NCBI GenBank assembly: GCA_036380455.1
Contig: DASVEQ010000072.1
Span: 1,545 to 65,544, forward strand
Length of the DNA stretch: 64,000 nucleotides
Direction of reading: 5' to 3'
Source of the DNA: Candidatus Limnocylindria bacterium
GTDB lineage: Bacteria > Chloroflexota > Limnocylindria > QHBO01
Shown here one piece after another: positions 1 through 11,422 of the stretch; within the stretch, counting starts at the first letter, position 1, and each line of letters opens with the position of its first letter. Under the pieces are notes generated by a model. That model ran no database searches. It saw nothing but the letters and a program-made list of their open reading frames with translations, and was not told the origin of the DNA. The position numbers were made by a program, and so were the translations under genes.

Positions 1-806
1 CGCAGGCTGCCGCGGTGAAGGGTTATCGGTGCATCTTCGTGATGGCTGACAAGCAGTCGGACGAGAAGCGGGCGCTCCTGCGAGCGTACGGGGCGGAGGT
101 GGTGGTCTGTCCCACGGACGTCGAGCCCGACGACGAGCGGTCGTACTACAGGGTCGCGGATCGGCTGGCGCGGGAGACGCCCGGCGGCTGGAAGCCCGAC
201 CAGTATCACAACGATTCGAACCCCCAGGCTCACTACGACACCACCGGCCCGGAGATCTGGGAGGCGACCCGGGGACGGGTCACGCACCTGGTCGTGGCGC
301 TGGGCACCGGCGGGACGGTGTCGGGGATCGGCCGCTACCTGAAGGAGCGCAACCCCGCGATCCAGGTCGTCGGCGCCGATCCTGCGGGCTCGGTGTACTC
401 CGGAGCATCGCCGCATCCGTACCTGACCGAGGGCATCGGCGAGGACTTCTGGCCCACCACCTACGACACGCGCATCTGCGACGCGGTGGTGCAGGTCAGC
501 GACCGCGACTCGATGCTCATGGCGCGGATCGCGACGGCCCGTGAGGGGATCCTGATGGGCGAGTCGTCCGGCACCGCACTGTGGGCAGCGTTGCAGATCG
601 CCCGCACCCTCGACGACACAGATACGCTGTTCGTGGTCGTGTTGCCCGACAGCGGGCGGAACTACGTCGGCAAGCTGTACAGTGACCGCTGGCTGCGAGA
701 GCGAGGCCTTCTGGGTCCGTATGAGGAGGTTGTCGACTACGACTGGCGGGCAACCTCCCCGGCCGTGATCCTGCGCGGTGCGGAGATTCCCCAGCGGCCG
801 GAATGA
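1..806 (+). CDS. PLP-dependent cystathionine beta-synthase / cysteine synthase family protein. 5' end is truncated by the window edge.
   Basis: The frame is open from base 3 with no start codon. Tryptophan-synthase-beta-superfamily motifs are visible (GTGGTVSGIGRYLKE, SSGTA). The position is consistent with cystathionine gamma-lyase/synthase two genes downstream. Confidence 0.8.
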   Translation, partial: QAAAVKGYRCIFVMADKQSDEKRALLRAYGAEVVVCPTDVEPDDERSYYRVADRLARETPGGWKPDQYHNDSNPQAHYDTTGPEIWEATRGRVTHLVVALGTGGTVSGIGRYLKERNPAIQVVGADPAGSVYSGASPHPYLTEGIGEDFWPTTYDTRICDAVVQVSDRDSMLMARIATAREGILMGESSGTALWAALQIARTLDDTDTLFVVVLPDSGRNYVGKLYSDRWLRERGLLGPYEEVVDYDWRATSPAVILRGAEIPQRPE

Positions 807-1099
807 CCCCCTACGGGTCTACCCCCGAGCCCATGATCAAGGCCGCTCACCTCCTCATCTGTTGCCAGATGTCGCTCCAGCCGACGTTCGGCGACACTGG
901 CGGCCGTTCGTGCTTCGCCCAGACATCGATTCGCCCAGATGTTCGCGGCGAATCAAGGGTGGAGTGGCCGCCCAACGTCGCTCACAGCGTCCAAGTGGCA
1001 ACTCCTGGCTCGGCCCACGCGCCGAGATCAGCGCCAGGGGCGCCTGGTGGCCGGTCGGAGTATCGTTGATGCATTCACCAAGGAGGCACAAGGAGCGAG

Positions 1100-2644
<1,545 letters not shown>

Positions 2645-2656
2645 GACCGCCGGGGG

Positions 2657-2932
2657 ATGCGACCTCTGCTGAAGCTGGCGTCTGCCCTCGCCACGGTGGC
2701 GTTTGCCGTCGCTGCGTTGATGCTCGTCTGGTATGTGCAGGTCGCGATCGGCGTCGCGCTGCATCCGACCGCCGATGTCCGTCCGGCCAACCCCATGTTC
2801 CTCCTGATCGTGACCGGCGTCGTCGCGCTTTTCCTGTACGGCATCATGCGCGCTGCCTGGGCGGCGGTCGATCGAACCGAGGTCGAAACAACGCGGGAGG
2901 ATGGGTCGCCGAGCCCGGACGGGTCGCCCTGA
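2657..2932 (+). CDS. small hypothetical membrane protein (2 predicted TM)
   Basis: The 91-aa ORF has two hydrophobic stretches. Codon usage resembles neighbouring genes, but the RBS is weak. Confidence 0.3.
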   Translation: MRPLLKLASALATVAFAVAALMLVWYVQVAIGVALHPTADVRPANPMFLLIVTGVVALFLYGIMRAAWAAVDRTEVETTREDGSPSPDGSP

Positions 2933-3223
2933 GGCACGCCACTCGTGCTCCGCGCGAATGCGCGCGCATGAGTGGCCAAGCCGCCAGGTGCCAGAAACAG
3001 GCGGCCCAAGCCGGCACGGAGCCGATCCCAGACCGGCCGCGGCCCTTGACTTGCGCGCCGGGCAGGCAACGGCGACGTTGAGCGTCAACGTGGCCGGCGC
3101 TTGCCGCGCGTGCAAGCCGCGAACGCGATGCGGGTGCCGGTCGCGCCAACGTCGCCGTTCGTTGCGACCTGCGCAAGCGGAGGTCCCGGCCGGGTCGGGG
3201 ATCGGTGGCAGAATGGCCGCCAC

Positions 3224-4378
3224 ATGACAGACCGATTCGAGACGCTGGCCGTGCACGCCGGGGCCGAGCCAGATCCTCAGACGGGCGCCGTGGTGCCGCC
3301 GATCCAGATGAGCACGACCTTCAAGCAGGATGGCGTGGGTGGGCTGCGGTCCGGATACGAGTACGGCAGATCCGGCAATCCGACCCGCGAGGCCCTCGAA
3401 GCGGCCATCGCCGAGCTGGAGAATGGCACGCACGGCCTCGCCTACGCCTCCGGCCTGGCGGCCACGCAGAACGTGTTCTACCTCCTGGAGCCCGGCGATC
3501 GGCTGCTCATGAGCGACGACGTGTACGGGGGCACGTGGCGACTGGCGGACAGGGTCTGGCGGCGCTACGGGATCGAGACCGATGCGATCGACCTCCGCGA
3601 CCTCGACGCAGTGGCCGCGGCGTTCGCCGCCGAGAAGCCGCCCCGCATAGTGTGGATCGAGACGCCGTCGAACCCGCTGCTGAAGGTCGTGGACGTCAGC
3701 GCGATCGCGCGGCTGGCCGCCGTGGCCGGCGCGATCACCGTGGTCGACAACACGTTCGCCACGCCCTACCTGCAGCGTCCGCTCGAGAGCGGCGCCGATC
3801 TCGTTCTGCACTCGGCGACGAAGTACCTCGGCGGGCACTCCGACGTCATCGGCGGGCTGGTGGTCACCCGTTCGGACGAGCTGGCCGAGCGGCTTCGATT
3901 CCACCAGAACGCGGCGGGCGCCGTGCCGAGCCCGTTCGACTGCTTCCTCATCATGCGCGGCCTTCGCACGCTGGCGGTCCGCATGGAGCGCGCCTGCGCG
4001 AACGCCCTCGTGCTCGCGCTGTGGCTGGCCGACCGCCCCGACGTCTCTGTCGTGCACTACCCGGGGCTGGCGAGCGGTCCCACGGCGGAGCTGGTCGAGC
4101 GACAGATGCGCCTGCCGGGGGCGATGCTCAGCTTCGAGCATCGCGGAGGGGAGGAGGCAGCGCGACGGTTCGCGGCGGCCACCAGGCTCTTCACGCTTGC
4201 CGAGTCGCTCGGCGCCGTCGAGTCCCTCATCGAGCTGCCGGCGCCGATGACCCACGCTTCGGTGGCCGACTCGCCGTTGGCGGTCCCCACGTCGCTGGCC
4301 CGACTCAGCGTCGGGATCGAGAACGTCGACGACCTGCGGGAGGACCTCGAGGCCGCCTTCGGCGCATCGGCGTCGTGA
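3224..4378 (+). CDS. metB: cystathionine gamma-synthase / gamma-lyase (Cys/Met metabolism PLP enzyme)
   Basis: The protein starts MTDRFETLAVHAG and carries the PLP-lysine motif SATKYLGGHSD. It is 384 aa, typical of the MetB/MetC/CGL family. The start was trimmed to the conserved N-terminus inside the longer ORF beginning at 3101. Confidence 0.85.
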   Translation: MTDRFETLAVHAGAEPDPQTGAVVPPIQMSTTFKQDGVGGLRSGYEYGRSGNPTREALEAAIAELENGTHGLAYASGLAATQNVFYLLEPGDRLLMSDDVYGGTWRLADRVWRRYGIETDAIDLRDLDAVAAAFAAEKPPRIVWIETPSNPLLKVVDVSAIARLAAVAGAITVVDNTFATPYLQRPLESGADLVLHSATKYLGGHSDVIGGLVVTRSDELAERLRFHQNAAGAVPSPFDCFLIMRGLRTLAVRMERACANALVLALWLADRPDVSVVHYPGLASGPTAELVERQMRLPGAMLSFEHRGGEEAARRFAAATRLFTLAESLGAVESLIELPAPMTHASVADSPLAVPTSLARLSVGIENVDDLREDLEAAFGASAS

Positions 4379-4896
4379 GCGACGAGCCGCGCCGGGACGG
4401 TCCGACCGAGCTGGTCGAAGGCGCCGACGGTGAGCTCGTCGAACGCCTGTCGGGCGGCACCGCGACGCTGCTCCTCGTGTGGCTGATCGGCGTCGGCGCG
4501 CTCTCGACGCTGCTGGCAGCCTGGATCTTCGTGTGGGTCGTGACCGGCGAGCGGCTCGGCATCGGCGCGCTGTTCGGAGGATTCGGCTTCTACACCGCCC
4601 TCGCCGGTGCGGCCGGGCCCTGCGTGCTGTGGCTGACGGGGCGCGCGCAGGGCCACTCGCTGGCTTGGTTCTCCTGGACCGCCGCGAAGATCGCGCTCGT
4701 CATGGTGGCGCTGATCGCGCTGCTGATCACGGCCGTGACCGCGGTGATGGCGGGTGCGGTGCCCGGCGCCGGCGCCGTCCAGATCGGGGTCCTCATGGCT
4801 CTCGTGGCCCTGGTGCTGAGCCAGCTGTGGGCGGTCGCGACGTGGGGCGCCGACCGCTGGATCGCCCGCGCCCGGGTGACGGAGAAGACCACGTGA
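4375..4896 (+). CDS. hypothetical integral membrane protein
   Basis: A GTG start overlaps the metB stop (GTGA). The product is about 173 aa with 4-5 strongly hydrophobic helices. Confidence 0.4.
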   Translation: MSDEPRRDGPTELVEGADGELVERLSGGTATLLLVWLIGVGALSTLLAAWIFVWVVTGERLGIGALFGGFGFYTALAGAAGPCVLWLTGRAQGHSLAWFSWTAAKIALVMVALIALLITAVTAVMAGAVPGAGAVQIGVLMALVALVLSQLWAVATWGADRWIARARVTEKTT

Positions 4897-5100
4897 CGGA
4901 CGAACCGGGAGTCCCCGACAACGACCGCACGCTGCACCTGGACGCCGATCCGGATCGGGTGTGGCGGGCGATCAGCGACCCCGCGGAGCTCGCGCGATGG
5001 TTCCCGCAAGCGCGCGGAGCTCGATGCGACCGACGACGCGACCCTCATCGAGGGCTGGACGGAGGAGCTGGCGGAGCTGGAGGCCCTGCTGGCCTCCTGA
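4893..5100 (+). pseudogene. remnant of an SRPBCC / AHSA1-like (activator of Hsp90 ATPase homologue) gene with internal deletion or frameshift
   Basis: The N-terminal roughly 30 aa (DRTLHLDADPDRVWRAISDPAELARWFP) is typical of this family. The reading frame then shifts, and only a C-terminal-like tail (TLIEGWTEELAELEALLAS*) is present in the +2 frame. About 100 aa of the middle are missing. Confidence 0.3.
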
Positions 5101-5113
5101 ATCCTGTCGCTGC

Positions 5114-5878
5114 CTAGATCTGGTAGCTTCCGGCGGGCTCCGCGAGCTCGGCCTCGCCACCATATGCCTCAGCGGCGGCGTCGCGAGCCCACGACCCGTC
5201 GCCATCGACCGGCAGGTGCGTGAGCATCAGCCGTCGTGCACCGGCCCGTCGCGCGCTCTCGCCGGCCTCGGCGGGGAGGAGATGCCCGCGTCGTTCCGGC
5301 GGCTGGGCATCCTCGTCCAGGGTTCGGAGAGTGGCCTCGCTGAGGAACAGGTCCGCGCCATCGGCGATGGTATGCACGCCGTCGCCCGGTCCGGTGTCGG
5401 CCGTATAGCCGAGGACCTTCCCGTCGGCCTCGACGCGGAAGCCCCAGCACGGAATGAAGTGCTCGGTCTCGATCGGCGTCAGTGACAGCCCGGCGAAGGC
5501 GAACGCCGACGAGCCATCGTGCTCCGAGAGGCGGAACGCGTCCTCGAAGTGCCGCGGGTTGCCGGCGCCGCGTGCGAGGTCGAGCACCTGGTCGGCCGAT
5601 CCGGGCGGGAGGATCACGCGCAGCCGCTGGTCCTTCGGGTGTCCGCGCCATGGATAGACGTAGCGAAGGGTGACCAGGTCGAGCATGTGGTCGGCGTGCA
5701 TGTGGCTGACGACGATCGCGTCCAGCTCGTCCGGATGGTGATGCCGCAGCAGCTGGGCGACCACGCCCGGCCCGATGTCGACCACGACGCGCCCGCCTCC
5801 GCCCTCCAGCAGGTAGCCGGCGCACGCCTCGCCGGGATTCGGCGAGGCGGGGGATCGTCCGAGGATGGTGAGGCGCAT
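5114..5878 (-). CDS. MBL-fold metallo-hydrolase
   Basis: The motif HMHADH is present, and downstream His/Asp ligands fit the fold. It lies immediately downstream of gltA. Confidence 0.8.
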   Translation of the reverse strand: MRLTILGRSPASPNPGEACAGYLLEGGGGRVVVDIGPGVVAQLLRHHHPDELDAIVVSHMHADHMLDLVTLRYVYPWRGHPKDQRLRVILPPGSADQVLDLARGAGNPRHFEDAFRLSEHDGSSAFAFAGLSLTPIETEHFIPCWGFRVEADGKVLGYTADTGPGDGVHTIADGADLFLSEATLRTLDEDAQPPERRGHLLPAEAGESARRAGARRLMLTHLPVDGDGSWARDAAAEAYGGEAELAEPAGSYQI

Positions 5879-7186
5879 TCAGCGCCGCTCGATCGGCAGA
5901 TAGTCCCTGGCCGCCGCGCCGATGTAGACCTGGCGCGGGCGGCCGATCTTCGTCTCCCTGGCGCCCATCATCTCCCGCCACTGCGCGATCCAGCCGGGCA
6001 GGCGGCCGATGGCGAAGCAGTTCGTGAACATGTTCTTCGGGAATCCGACGGCGCGGTAGATCAGGCCGGAGTAGAAGTCCACGTTCGGGTAGAGCTTGCG
6101 GCTGACGAAGTACTCGTCGCGGAGTGCGACCTCCTCGAGCCGCTGCGCGACGTCGAAGAGCTCGTCGTCGGCGCCGGTGGCGGCCAGCACGCGCTCGGCG
6201 GCCGCCTTGATGATCCGAGCGCGCGGGTCGAAGTTCTTGTACACGCGGTGGCCGAAGCCGGCGAGGCGGAAGCTGTCGTTCGGATCCTTCGCCTTGTCGA
6301 CCCAGCGCTGGACGTCGCCGCCGCCCGCGACGATCTGCTCCAGGGTGTTGATGACGTCCTCGTTCGCGCCTCCGTGGAGCGGGCCCCACAGCGCGCTGAT
6401 CCCGGCGCTGATCGAGGCGTACAGGTTTGCGTGCGTGCTCCCGACCATGCGAACCGTGGAGGTGGACGCGTTCTGCTCGTGATCGGCGTGGAGGATGAGG
6501 AGCAGGTCGAGCGCCTCGGCGACCTCCGGCTGGACCTCGTATGGCTCGGACGGCACCGCGAACATCATGTGCAGCAGGTTCGCGGAGTAGCCGAGGTCGT
6601 TGCGTGGGTAGACGTACGGCTGGCCGATGGCCTTCTTGAACGACCAGGCGGCGAGGGTCGGGAGCTTGGCGATCAGCCGATTGATCGTGATCTCGACCGC
6701 ATCGGGCTCGAAGATGTTCTGCGAGTCCGGATAGAAGGTGCTCATGCCGACGACGCCGGAGGCGAGGACCGCCATCGGGTGCGCATCGGCGGGGAAGGAG
6801 TCGAAGAAGTGCCGCATCTCCTCTCGGATGAGCGTGTGGTGCGTCACCTCGCCGACGAACCGGTCCAGCTGCTCGCGGGTGGGCAGCTCGCCCCAGATGA
6901 GCAGGTACGCCACCTCGAGGAAGGTCGAGTGCTCGGCGAGCTGCTCGATGGGGTAGCCGCGGTAGCGGAGGATGCCCTCCTCGCCGTCGAGGAAGGTGAT
7001 GGCGCTCGTGCAGGCCCCGGTGTTCCCGTAGCCGGGATCGAGCGTGATGAGGCCGGTCTCGCTCCGCAGCTTGCCGATGTCGAGCGCGTCGTCGCCCTCG
7101 GTGCCCTCGACCACCGGCAGCTCGACCTCGCGGTCGCCCACCTGCAGGCGCGCCGATCCGGCCCGCGCGGGAGATTCCGTGCTCAC
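5879..7186 (-). CDS. gltA: citrate synthase
   Basis: The 435-aa product has canonical citrate synthase signatures ([28 protein letters not shown]). Confidence 0.9.
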   Translation of the reverse strand: MSTESPARAGSARLQVGDREVELPVVEGTEGDDALDIGKLRSETGLITLDPGYGNTGACTSAITFLDGEEGILRYRGYPIEQLAEHSTFLEVAYLLIWGELPTREQLDRFVGEVTHHTLIREEMRHFFDSFPADAHPMAVLASGVVGMSTFYPDSQNIFEPDAVEITINRLIAKLPTLAAWSFKKAIGQPYVYPRNDLGYSANLLHMMFAVPSEPYEVQPEVAEALDLLLILHADHEQNASTSTVRMVGSTHANLYASISAGISALWGPLHGGANEDVINTLEQIVAGGGDVQRWVDKAKDPNDSFRLAGFGHRVYKNFDPRARIIKAAAERVLAATGADDELFDVAQRLEEVALRDEYFVSRKLYPNVDFYSGLIYRAVGFPKNMFTNCFAIGRLPGWIAQWREMMGARETKIGRPRQVYIGAAARDYLPIERR

Positions 7187-8178
7187 GCCAGCAGCTCCGC
7201 GACGGCCTCGCGCTCCTCGACGAGCTCCGCGGTCGTGGCCTCGATGCGCGAGCGCGCGAACGGTCCGTGCTCGATGCCCTGGTCGATCTCGACGACGCCG
7301 GGCGCGGTCGCTCGCAGCGGATAGCCGAATACGAGCCCCTCCGGCACGGCGTAGCCGCCCGTCGCGGGGGCGGCGATGGCCGAGCTGAACCGCTCCCCGG
7401 TGGGCCGGGCCACGTTGCGGACGGTGTCGATCACCGCGTTGGCCGCGCTGGCGGCTGAGCTCTGGCCGCGCGCCTTGATGATCGCCGCGCCGCGCTGCTG
7501 GACCCTGGAGATGAAGTCACCCTCGAGCCAGGCGTCGTCACCGATCACCTCGGGCGCGGGCCGGCCGCCGATGGTCGCGTGCCATGCGTCGGGGAACTGC
7601 GTCGAGGAATGGTTGCCCCAGATCGCGAGGTCGCGGACGTCGCTCACGGCCCCGCCGGCGCGGGCGGCGAGCTGAGATCGTCCGCGGCTCTCGTCGAGCA
7701 TCGTCATCGCGAACCATCGATCCTTCGGCATCCCGTGGCGGGCCGCGGCGCTGGAGCCGATCAGCGCGTTCGTGTTGCACGGGTTCCCAACCACGAGCAC
7801 CCGGCAGTCGTCGGCCGCATTGCGTGCGATGGCCATGCCCTGGCCGGTGAAGATGCCGCCGTTGATGCCGAGCAGGTCCTTGCGCTCCATCCCCTCCCTC
7901 CGCGGGACCGCTCCGACGAGCAGCGCCCAGTTCGCGCCGCGGAAGGCGTCATCTGTGTCGGAGGTGCAGAGGACCTCGCCGAGCAGCGGGAAGGCGCAGT
8001 CGTCGAGCTCCATGCGAACCCCGTCCAGGGCGGGCAGCGCCGCCTCGAGCTCGAGCAGCCGGAGCCGCACGGGGGTTTCGGGTCCGAACATCTGACCCGC
8101 GGCGATCCGGAAGAGGAGCGCGTAGCCGATCTGGCCGGCTGCGCCGGTGACGGCCACGGTGACGGGAGAGTCGACCAT
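7183..8178 (-). CDS. mdh: malate dehydrogenase (NAD-dependent)
   Basis: The N-terminal Rossmann motif [17 protein letters not shown] and the catalytic region [10 protein letters not shown] are present. The stop overlaps the gltA start by 4 nt (ATGA). Confidence 0.9.
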   Translation of the reverse strand: MVDSPVTVAVTGAAGQIGYALLFRIAAGQMFGPETPVRLRLLELEAALPALDGVRMELDDCAFPLLGEVLCTSDTDDAFRGANWALLVGAVPRREGMERKDLLGINGGIFTGQGMAIARNAADDCRVLVVGNPCNTNALIGSSAAARHGMPKDRWFAMTMLDESRGRSQLAARAGGAVSDVRDLAIWGNHSSTQFPDAWHATIGGRPAPEVIGDDAWLEGDFISRVQQRGAAIIKARGQSSAASAANAVIDTVRNVARPTGERFSSAIAAPATGGYAVPEGLVFGYPLRATAPGVVEIDQGIEHGPFARSRIEATTAELVEEREAVAELLA

Positions 8179-8248
8179 CGGTCTCCTGTGGCTTGGGGTG
8201 CGCCCGAGTGTAGCGCAGGCCCGCGTGGCGTCCGCTCGCCGTCGCCGG

Positions 8249-9058
8249 TCAGACCTGCCGCAGCAGGCGCTCGCGGCGGAAGCCGCGCGATGCCGCGAGG
8301 AGGACCGCGGCGGCGATCAGCCACACGACGGCGCCGAGCACGACGGCGAGCCGCGTGTCGAGTACCACCGCGCCCACGAGCTGGCCAACCACCAGGGCGA
8401 CCACCGGCAGCACGATCACGCCGCCGAGCTGGTACGCCTCCTGGAAGCCACGGACCCGGGCGGAGACCACGACCAGGACGGAGATCGCCAGCGCGCCGAC
8501 GGCCGGCCCGAGCCACCCCAGCACGAGCATCCAGAGCACCGAGATGGCCACCGGGCGGCCCACGTCACCGGCTGCCAGCACGTTGACGAGGATCGCGTAC
8601 AGCAGCCAGCCGAGCACCGAGACGGCGATGGCCGCCAGCCACGGTCCGAGGAGCTTCGCGAGGTAGAGCTCGCGGTCGCTGGTCGGGGAGTAGAGGAGCG
8701 CCTCGAGCGTCCGTCGCTCCTTCTCCCCCGCGAAGCTGTCGGCGGCGATCACCGCGCACACCATGAGCGGCACGATCAGGAAGAAGGTGGCGAACTGGTA
8801 CTCCAGCAGGTAGACGAGGATCTGGCGCTCGAGCGGGCCGGGGCCGAGCGTGCGCGTGATCTCGATCGGCAGCACCTCGAGGAGCGGCCTGAGCTCCTCG
8901 ATCGCATCGCCTCCGGCGCGCACGCCGATGACGGCGACGGCCGGGAAGAGCACGAAGAACAGGACCGGCACGATGATGAGCGGCACCATCACCGCCTTCG
9001 CCCGCACCACGAGCCGCAGGTCGCGGAGGACGATCGCCCGGATCGCACGCCAGTTCAC
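8249..9058 (-). CDS. ABC-2 family transporter permease
   Basis: The 269-aa polytopic membrane protein shows 4-nt translational coupling to the upstream ATPase gene. Confidence 0.7.
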   Translation of the reverse strand: MNWRAIRAIVLRDLRLVVRAKAVMVPLIIVPVLFFVLFPAVAVIGVRAGGDAIEELRPLLEVLPIEITRTLGPGPLERQILVYLLEYQFATFFLIVPLMVCAVIAADSFAGEKERRTLEALLYSPTSDRELYLAKLLGPWLAAIAVSVLGWLLYAILVNVLAAGDVGRPVAISVLWMLVLGWLGPAVGALAISVLVVVSARVRGFQEAYQLGGVIVLPVVALVVGQLVGAVVLDTRLAVVLGAVVWLIAAAVLLAASRGFRRERLLRQV

Positions 9059-9999
9059 GATTCGGCCTCCCCGTACAGCGCCACGTAGGCGTCCTCCAGG
9101 GTGGGCTGGGCAGGGGTGACACGGTAGACCGATGCCCCGGCCGCCACCAGCTCCGCGACCAGGCCCGGCACGGCGTCGCGCCCGAGACCCTCGACGCCGA
9201 TGCGGCCATCGCCCAGGTCGCTGGCGCTGCTGCCGGATGCGTCGCGGGCGATGCGCAGCCCGGTCTCGGCGTGCTGCGGGTCGACCTCGAGCTCGACCCG
9301 TGTCGGCAGCGAGGCCGAGTTGGCCACCTCCGCCGGCGTCCCATCGGCGATCACCCGGCCGCGGCGCAGGATGATCACCCGATCACACAGCTCCTGTGCC
9401 TCGGCAAGGTTGTGCGTGCAGATGAGGATCGTCCGGTCGCGCCCGACGGCCAGGGAGCGGACGAGGTCGCGGACGCCGATGGACGCGATCGGATCGAGCG
9501 CCGCGGTCGGCTCGTCGAGGAACAGGACCGGCGGGTCATGGATGAGGGTGCGAGCCAGCGCCAGTCGCTGGCGCATGCCGCGGCTGTAGCCGCCGATCCG
9601 GTCGTCGGCCCGGCCGGCGAGATCGAAGCGCCCCAGCAGCTCGTCGACGCGGGACCGGACCTCAGCTCGGGGCACGCCCCACAGCTCGGCCCAGAAGGCC
9701 ATCGCCTCGCGGGCCGACATCCGGTCGTCGAGCGAGGGCGTCTCGGTCAGGACGCCCGTGGCGGCACGGACCGCGGGGCCCTCCCGCCACGGGTCGTGGC
9801 CCAGCGTCCGCGCCCCGCCGGTCGTGGCTGCCAGCAGGCCGTTCAGGAGGCGGATCGTGGTCGTCTTGCCCGCGCCGTTATGCCCGAGCAGTCCGATGAC
9901 CTGGCCGGCCGGGACGCGGAACGTCACGTCATGGAGCGCGACGACCTCGCCGAACGTGCGTCCCAGGCCGCTTGCCTCGAGGACGGGAGCCGCGATCAT
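9055..9999 (-). CDS. ABC transporter ATP-binding protein
   Basis: Walker A (GHNGAGKTT), the ABC signature (YSRGMRQRLALA) and Walker B (LFLDEPTAALD) are all present. Confidence 0.85.
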   Translation of the reverse strand: MIAAPVLEASGLGRTFGEVVALHDVTFRVPAGQVIGLLGHNGAGKTTTIRLLNGLLAATTGGARTLGHDPWREGPAVRAATGVLTETPSLDDRMSAREAMAFWAELWGVPRAEVRSRVDELLGRFDLAGRADDRIGGYSRGMRQRLALARTLIHDPPVLFLDEPTAALDPIASIGVRDLVRSLAVGRDRTILICTHNLAEAQELCDRVIILRRGRVIADGTPAEVANSASLPTRVELEVDPQHAETGLRIARDASGSSASDLGDGRIGVEGLGRDAVPGLVAELVAAGASVYRVTPAQPTLEDAYVALYGEAES

Positions 10000-10505
10000 C
10001 GGCGCGGCGGCGGCCGGCGCGCCCAGTCCGCCACGGCGGCGGCCATGGACCCAAAGGCGAATCGCGGAAGCCAGTCGCCGATCTCGGCGAGCGGCACCCA
10101 GGCATGCTCGCTCGACTCGAAGTCGAGGGAAACCTCGGCGGAAGCGTCAGCCGGCCGAGCCCGGAAGACGGCGGTGACGGCGTTGGCCGGCGGCGAGTGG
10201 TAGACGCCGGTCAGCTCGACAAGCTCCACCTCGATGCCGGACTCCTCGCGCGCCTCGCGCCGCGCCGCATGCTCGAACGACTCCCCCGGGTCGAGGTAGC
10301 CGGCTGGCAGGTCCCAGTCACCTAGGCCGGGCTCGACGGCGCGACGCAGGAGGAGCAGGGAGGTGGCACCTGCGTCCGTCCGTTCCAGGAGCACGGCGGC
10401 GGCGGGCCTCGGGTTGGCATGCCAGCGCCAGCCGCATCGGTCACAGACGATCGGCTGCTCGTCGGTCCCGACGCAGTGCGGGCAGACGGGAACGGCTCGG
10501 CTCAT
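9996..10505 (-). CDS. NUDIX hydrolase with N-terminal zinc-ribbon
   Basis: An N-terminal CPHC...CDRCGW zinc ribbon precedes a Nudix box (GESFEHAARREAREESGIEV). The stop overlaps the ABC ATPase start. Confidence 0.7.
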   Translation of the reverse strand: MSRAVPVCPHCVGTDEQPIVCDRCGWRWHANPRPAAAVLLERTDAGATSLLLLRRAVEPGLGDWDLPAGYLDPGESFEHAARREAREESGIEVELVELTGVYHSPPANAVTAVFRARPADASAEVSLDFESSEHAWVPLAEIGDWLPRFAFGSMAAAVADWARRPPPRR

Positions 10506-10526
10506 GAGCCGAGCGTAGCAGGCGGC

Positions 10527-11006
10527 TCAGCCGCGATCGGCGATGCGGGTCGGCTCCGGCTGCGCGAGGTCGTCGCGACCCGCCGCCAGGATGAACATGT
10601 GGATTCGGTCCCGGAGGCCGTCGCGCGCCGTCCGGAATGCCTGGAGGCGCATGTCGTCGTCGCCCTCCACCGCGGACGGATCGTCGATGCTCCAGTGGGC
10701 TTGCTGCCGGACGCCGGGGATCGTCGGGCATGCCTCCCTGGCCTGGTCACAGACCGTGATCAGCCAGCTGAAGGATTCGCCGAGGTACGGCTCGAGGGTC
10801 TTCGAGGACTGGCCGCCGATGTCGATCCCGATCTCGGCCATTGCCGCGATCGCTTCCGGACGCACCCGCGTCGCCTCGGTCCCGGCGCTGTGGACCTCGA
10901 ACCGATCGCCCCCCCAGGCCCGGAGCATGCCCTCCGCCATCTGGCTGCGGGCGCTGTTGTGGGTGCAGACGAAGATCACGCGCTGCCCTGCTCGATTCGC
11001 GCTCAT
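10527..11006 (-). CDS. arsC: arsenate reductase, thioredoxin-coupled LMW-PTP family
   Basis: The CTHNSARSQMAEG P-loop is present. The downstream Cys pair (VCDQAREACP) matches the Bacillus-type ArsC Cys82/Cys89 arrangement. Confidence 0.65.
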   Translation of the reverse strand: MSANRAGQRVIFVCTHNSARSQMAEGMLRAWGGDRFEVHSAGTEATRVRPEAIAAMAEIGIDIGGQSSKTLEPYLGESFSWLITVCDQAREACPTIPGVRQQAHWSIDDPSAVEGDDDMRLQAFRTARDGLRDRIHMFILAAGRDDLAQPEPTRIADRG

Positions 11007-11422
11007 GGAGGTGATCCTACGCCGCAGATGTCAACGCCACGTCAACCACCGTCAATGTCCACCGGTGGGGACAACATGTGGATAACTCCTTCCGCGCGAT
11101 GAAGACTGGTGGAGAACGGGGATTGCACCGATCGCCGACGCGCCCATATGCTGCAGTCGTCCCGAAGGGGCAGCCAACGGCACCAGCGATTGCATCAACG
11201 GTCCAGCGGCGGTTCCTTCGGGACATTTCGTTGCCCGCGGCTTCCTTCGGCGGGTGCACCGCGCGCGTGTTGCGCCCCGGTGCACGTATCTGGCAAGGCA
11301 GGGCCGATGCGGTCGCATGCATGGTCGGATCGTGCGCCGTGGCGCACATCGGCGGTCTGGATCAGCGCTCTCTCTCAGTTATGTGCGCGGCCGCGCACAC
11401 CAGCGCTCGCTTTGCCTCCGCC

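Noticed and set aside
200-240. tRNA-like T-arm string (CGATTCGAACCCCCAGG)
   Set aside because: It lies inside the CBS coding sequence (…NDSNPQAH…). No acceptor or anticodon arms are present, so it is coincidental.
3205-4896. 563-aa ORF spanning metB in another frame, plus many other long antisense or alternate-frame ORFs (e.g. 778..3081, 5169..6389, 5519..7324, 14405..16270, 18002..20392, 50921..55084)
   Set aside because: These are typical stop-codon-poor shadow frames of a 70% GC genome. The products are Arg/Pro/Gly-rich, have no recognisable domains, and overlap well-supported genes.
11350-11422. Intrinsic terminator for upp (palindrome GTGCGCGGCCGCGCAC)
   Set aside because: It is a good palindrome but is not followed by a U-tract on the upp strand. 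It could be a protein-binding site instead, so I did not call it a terminator.
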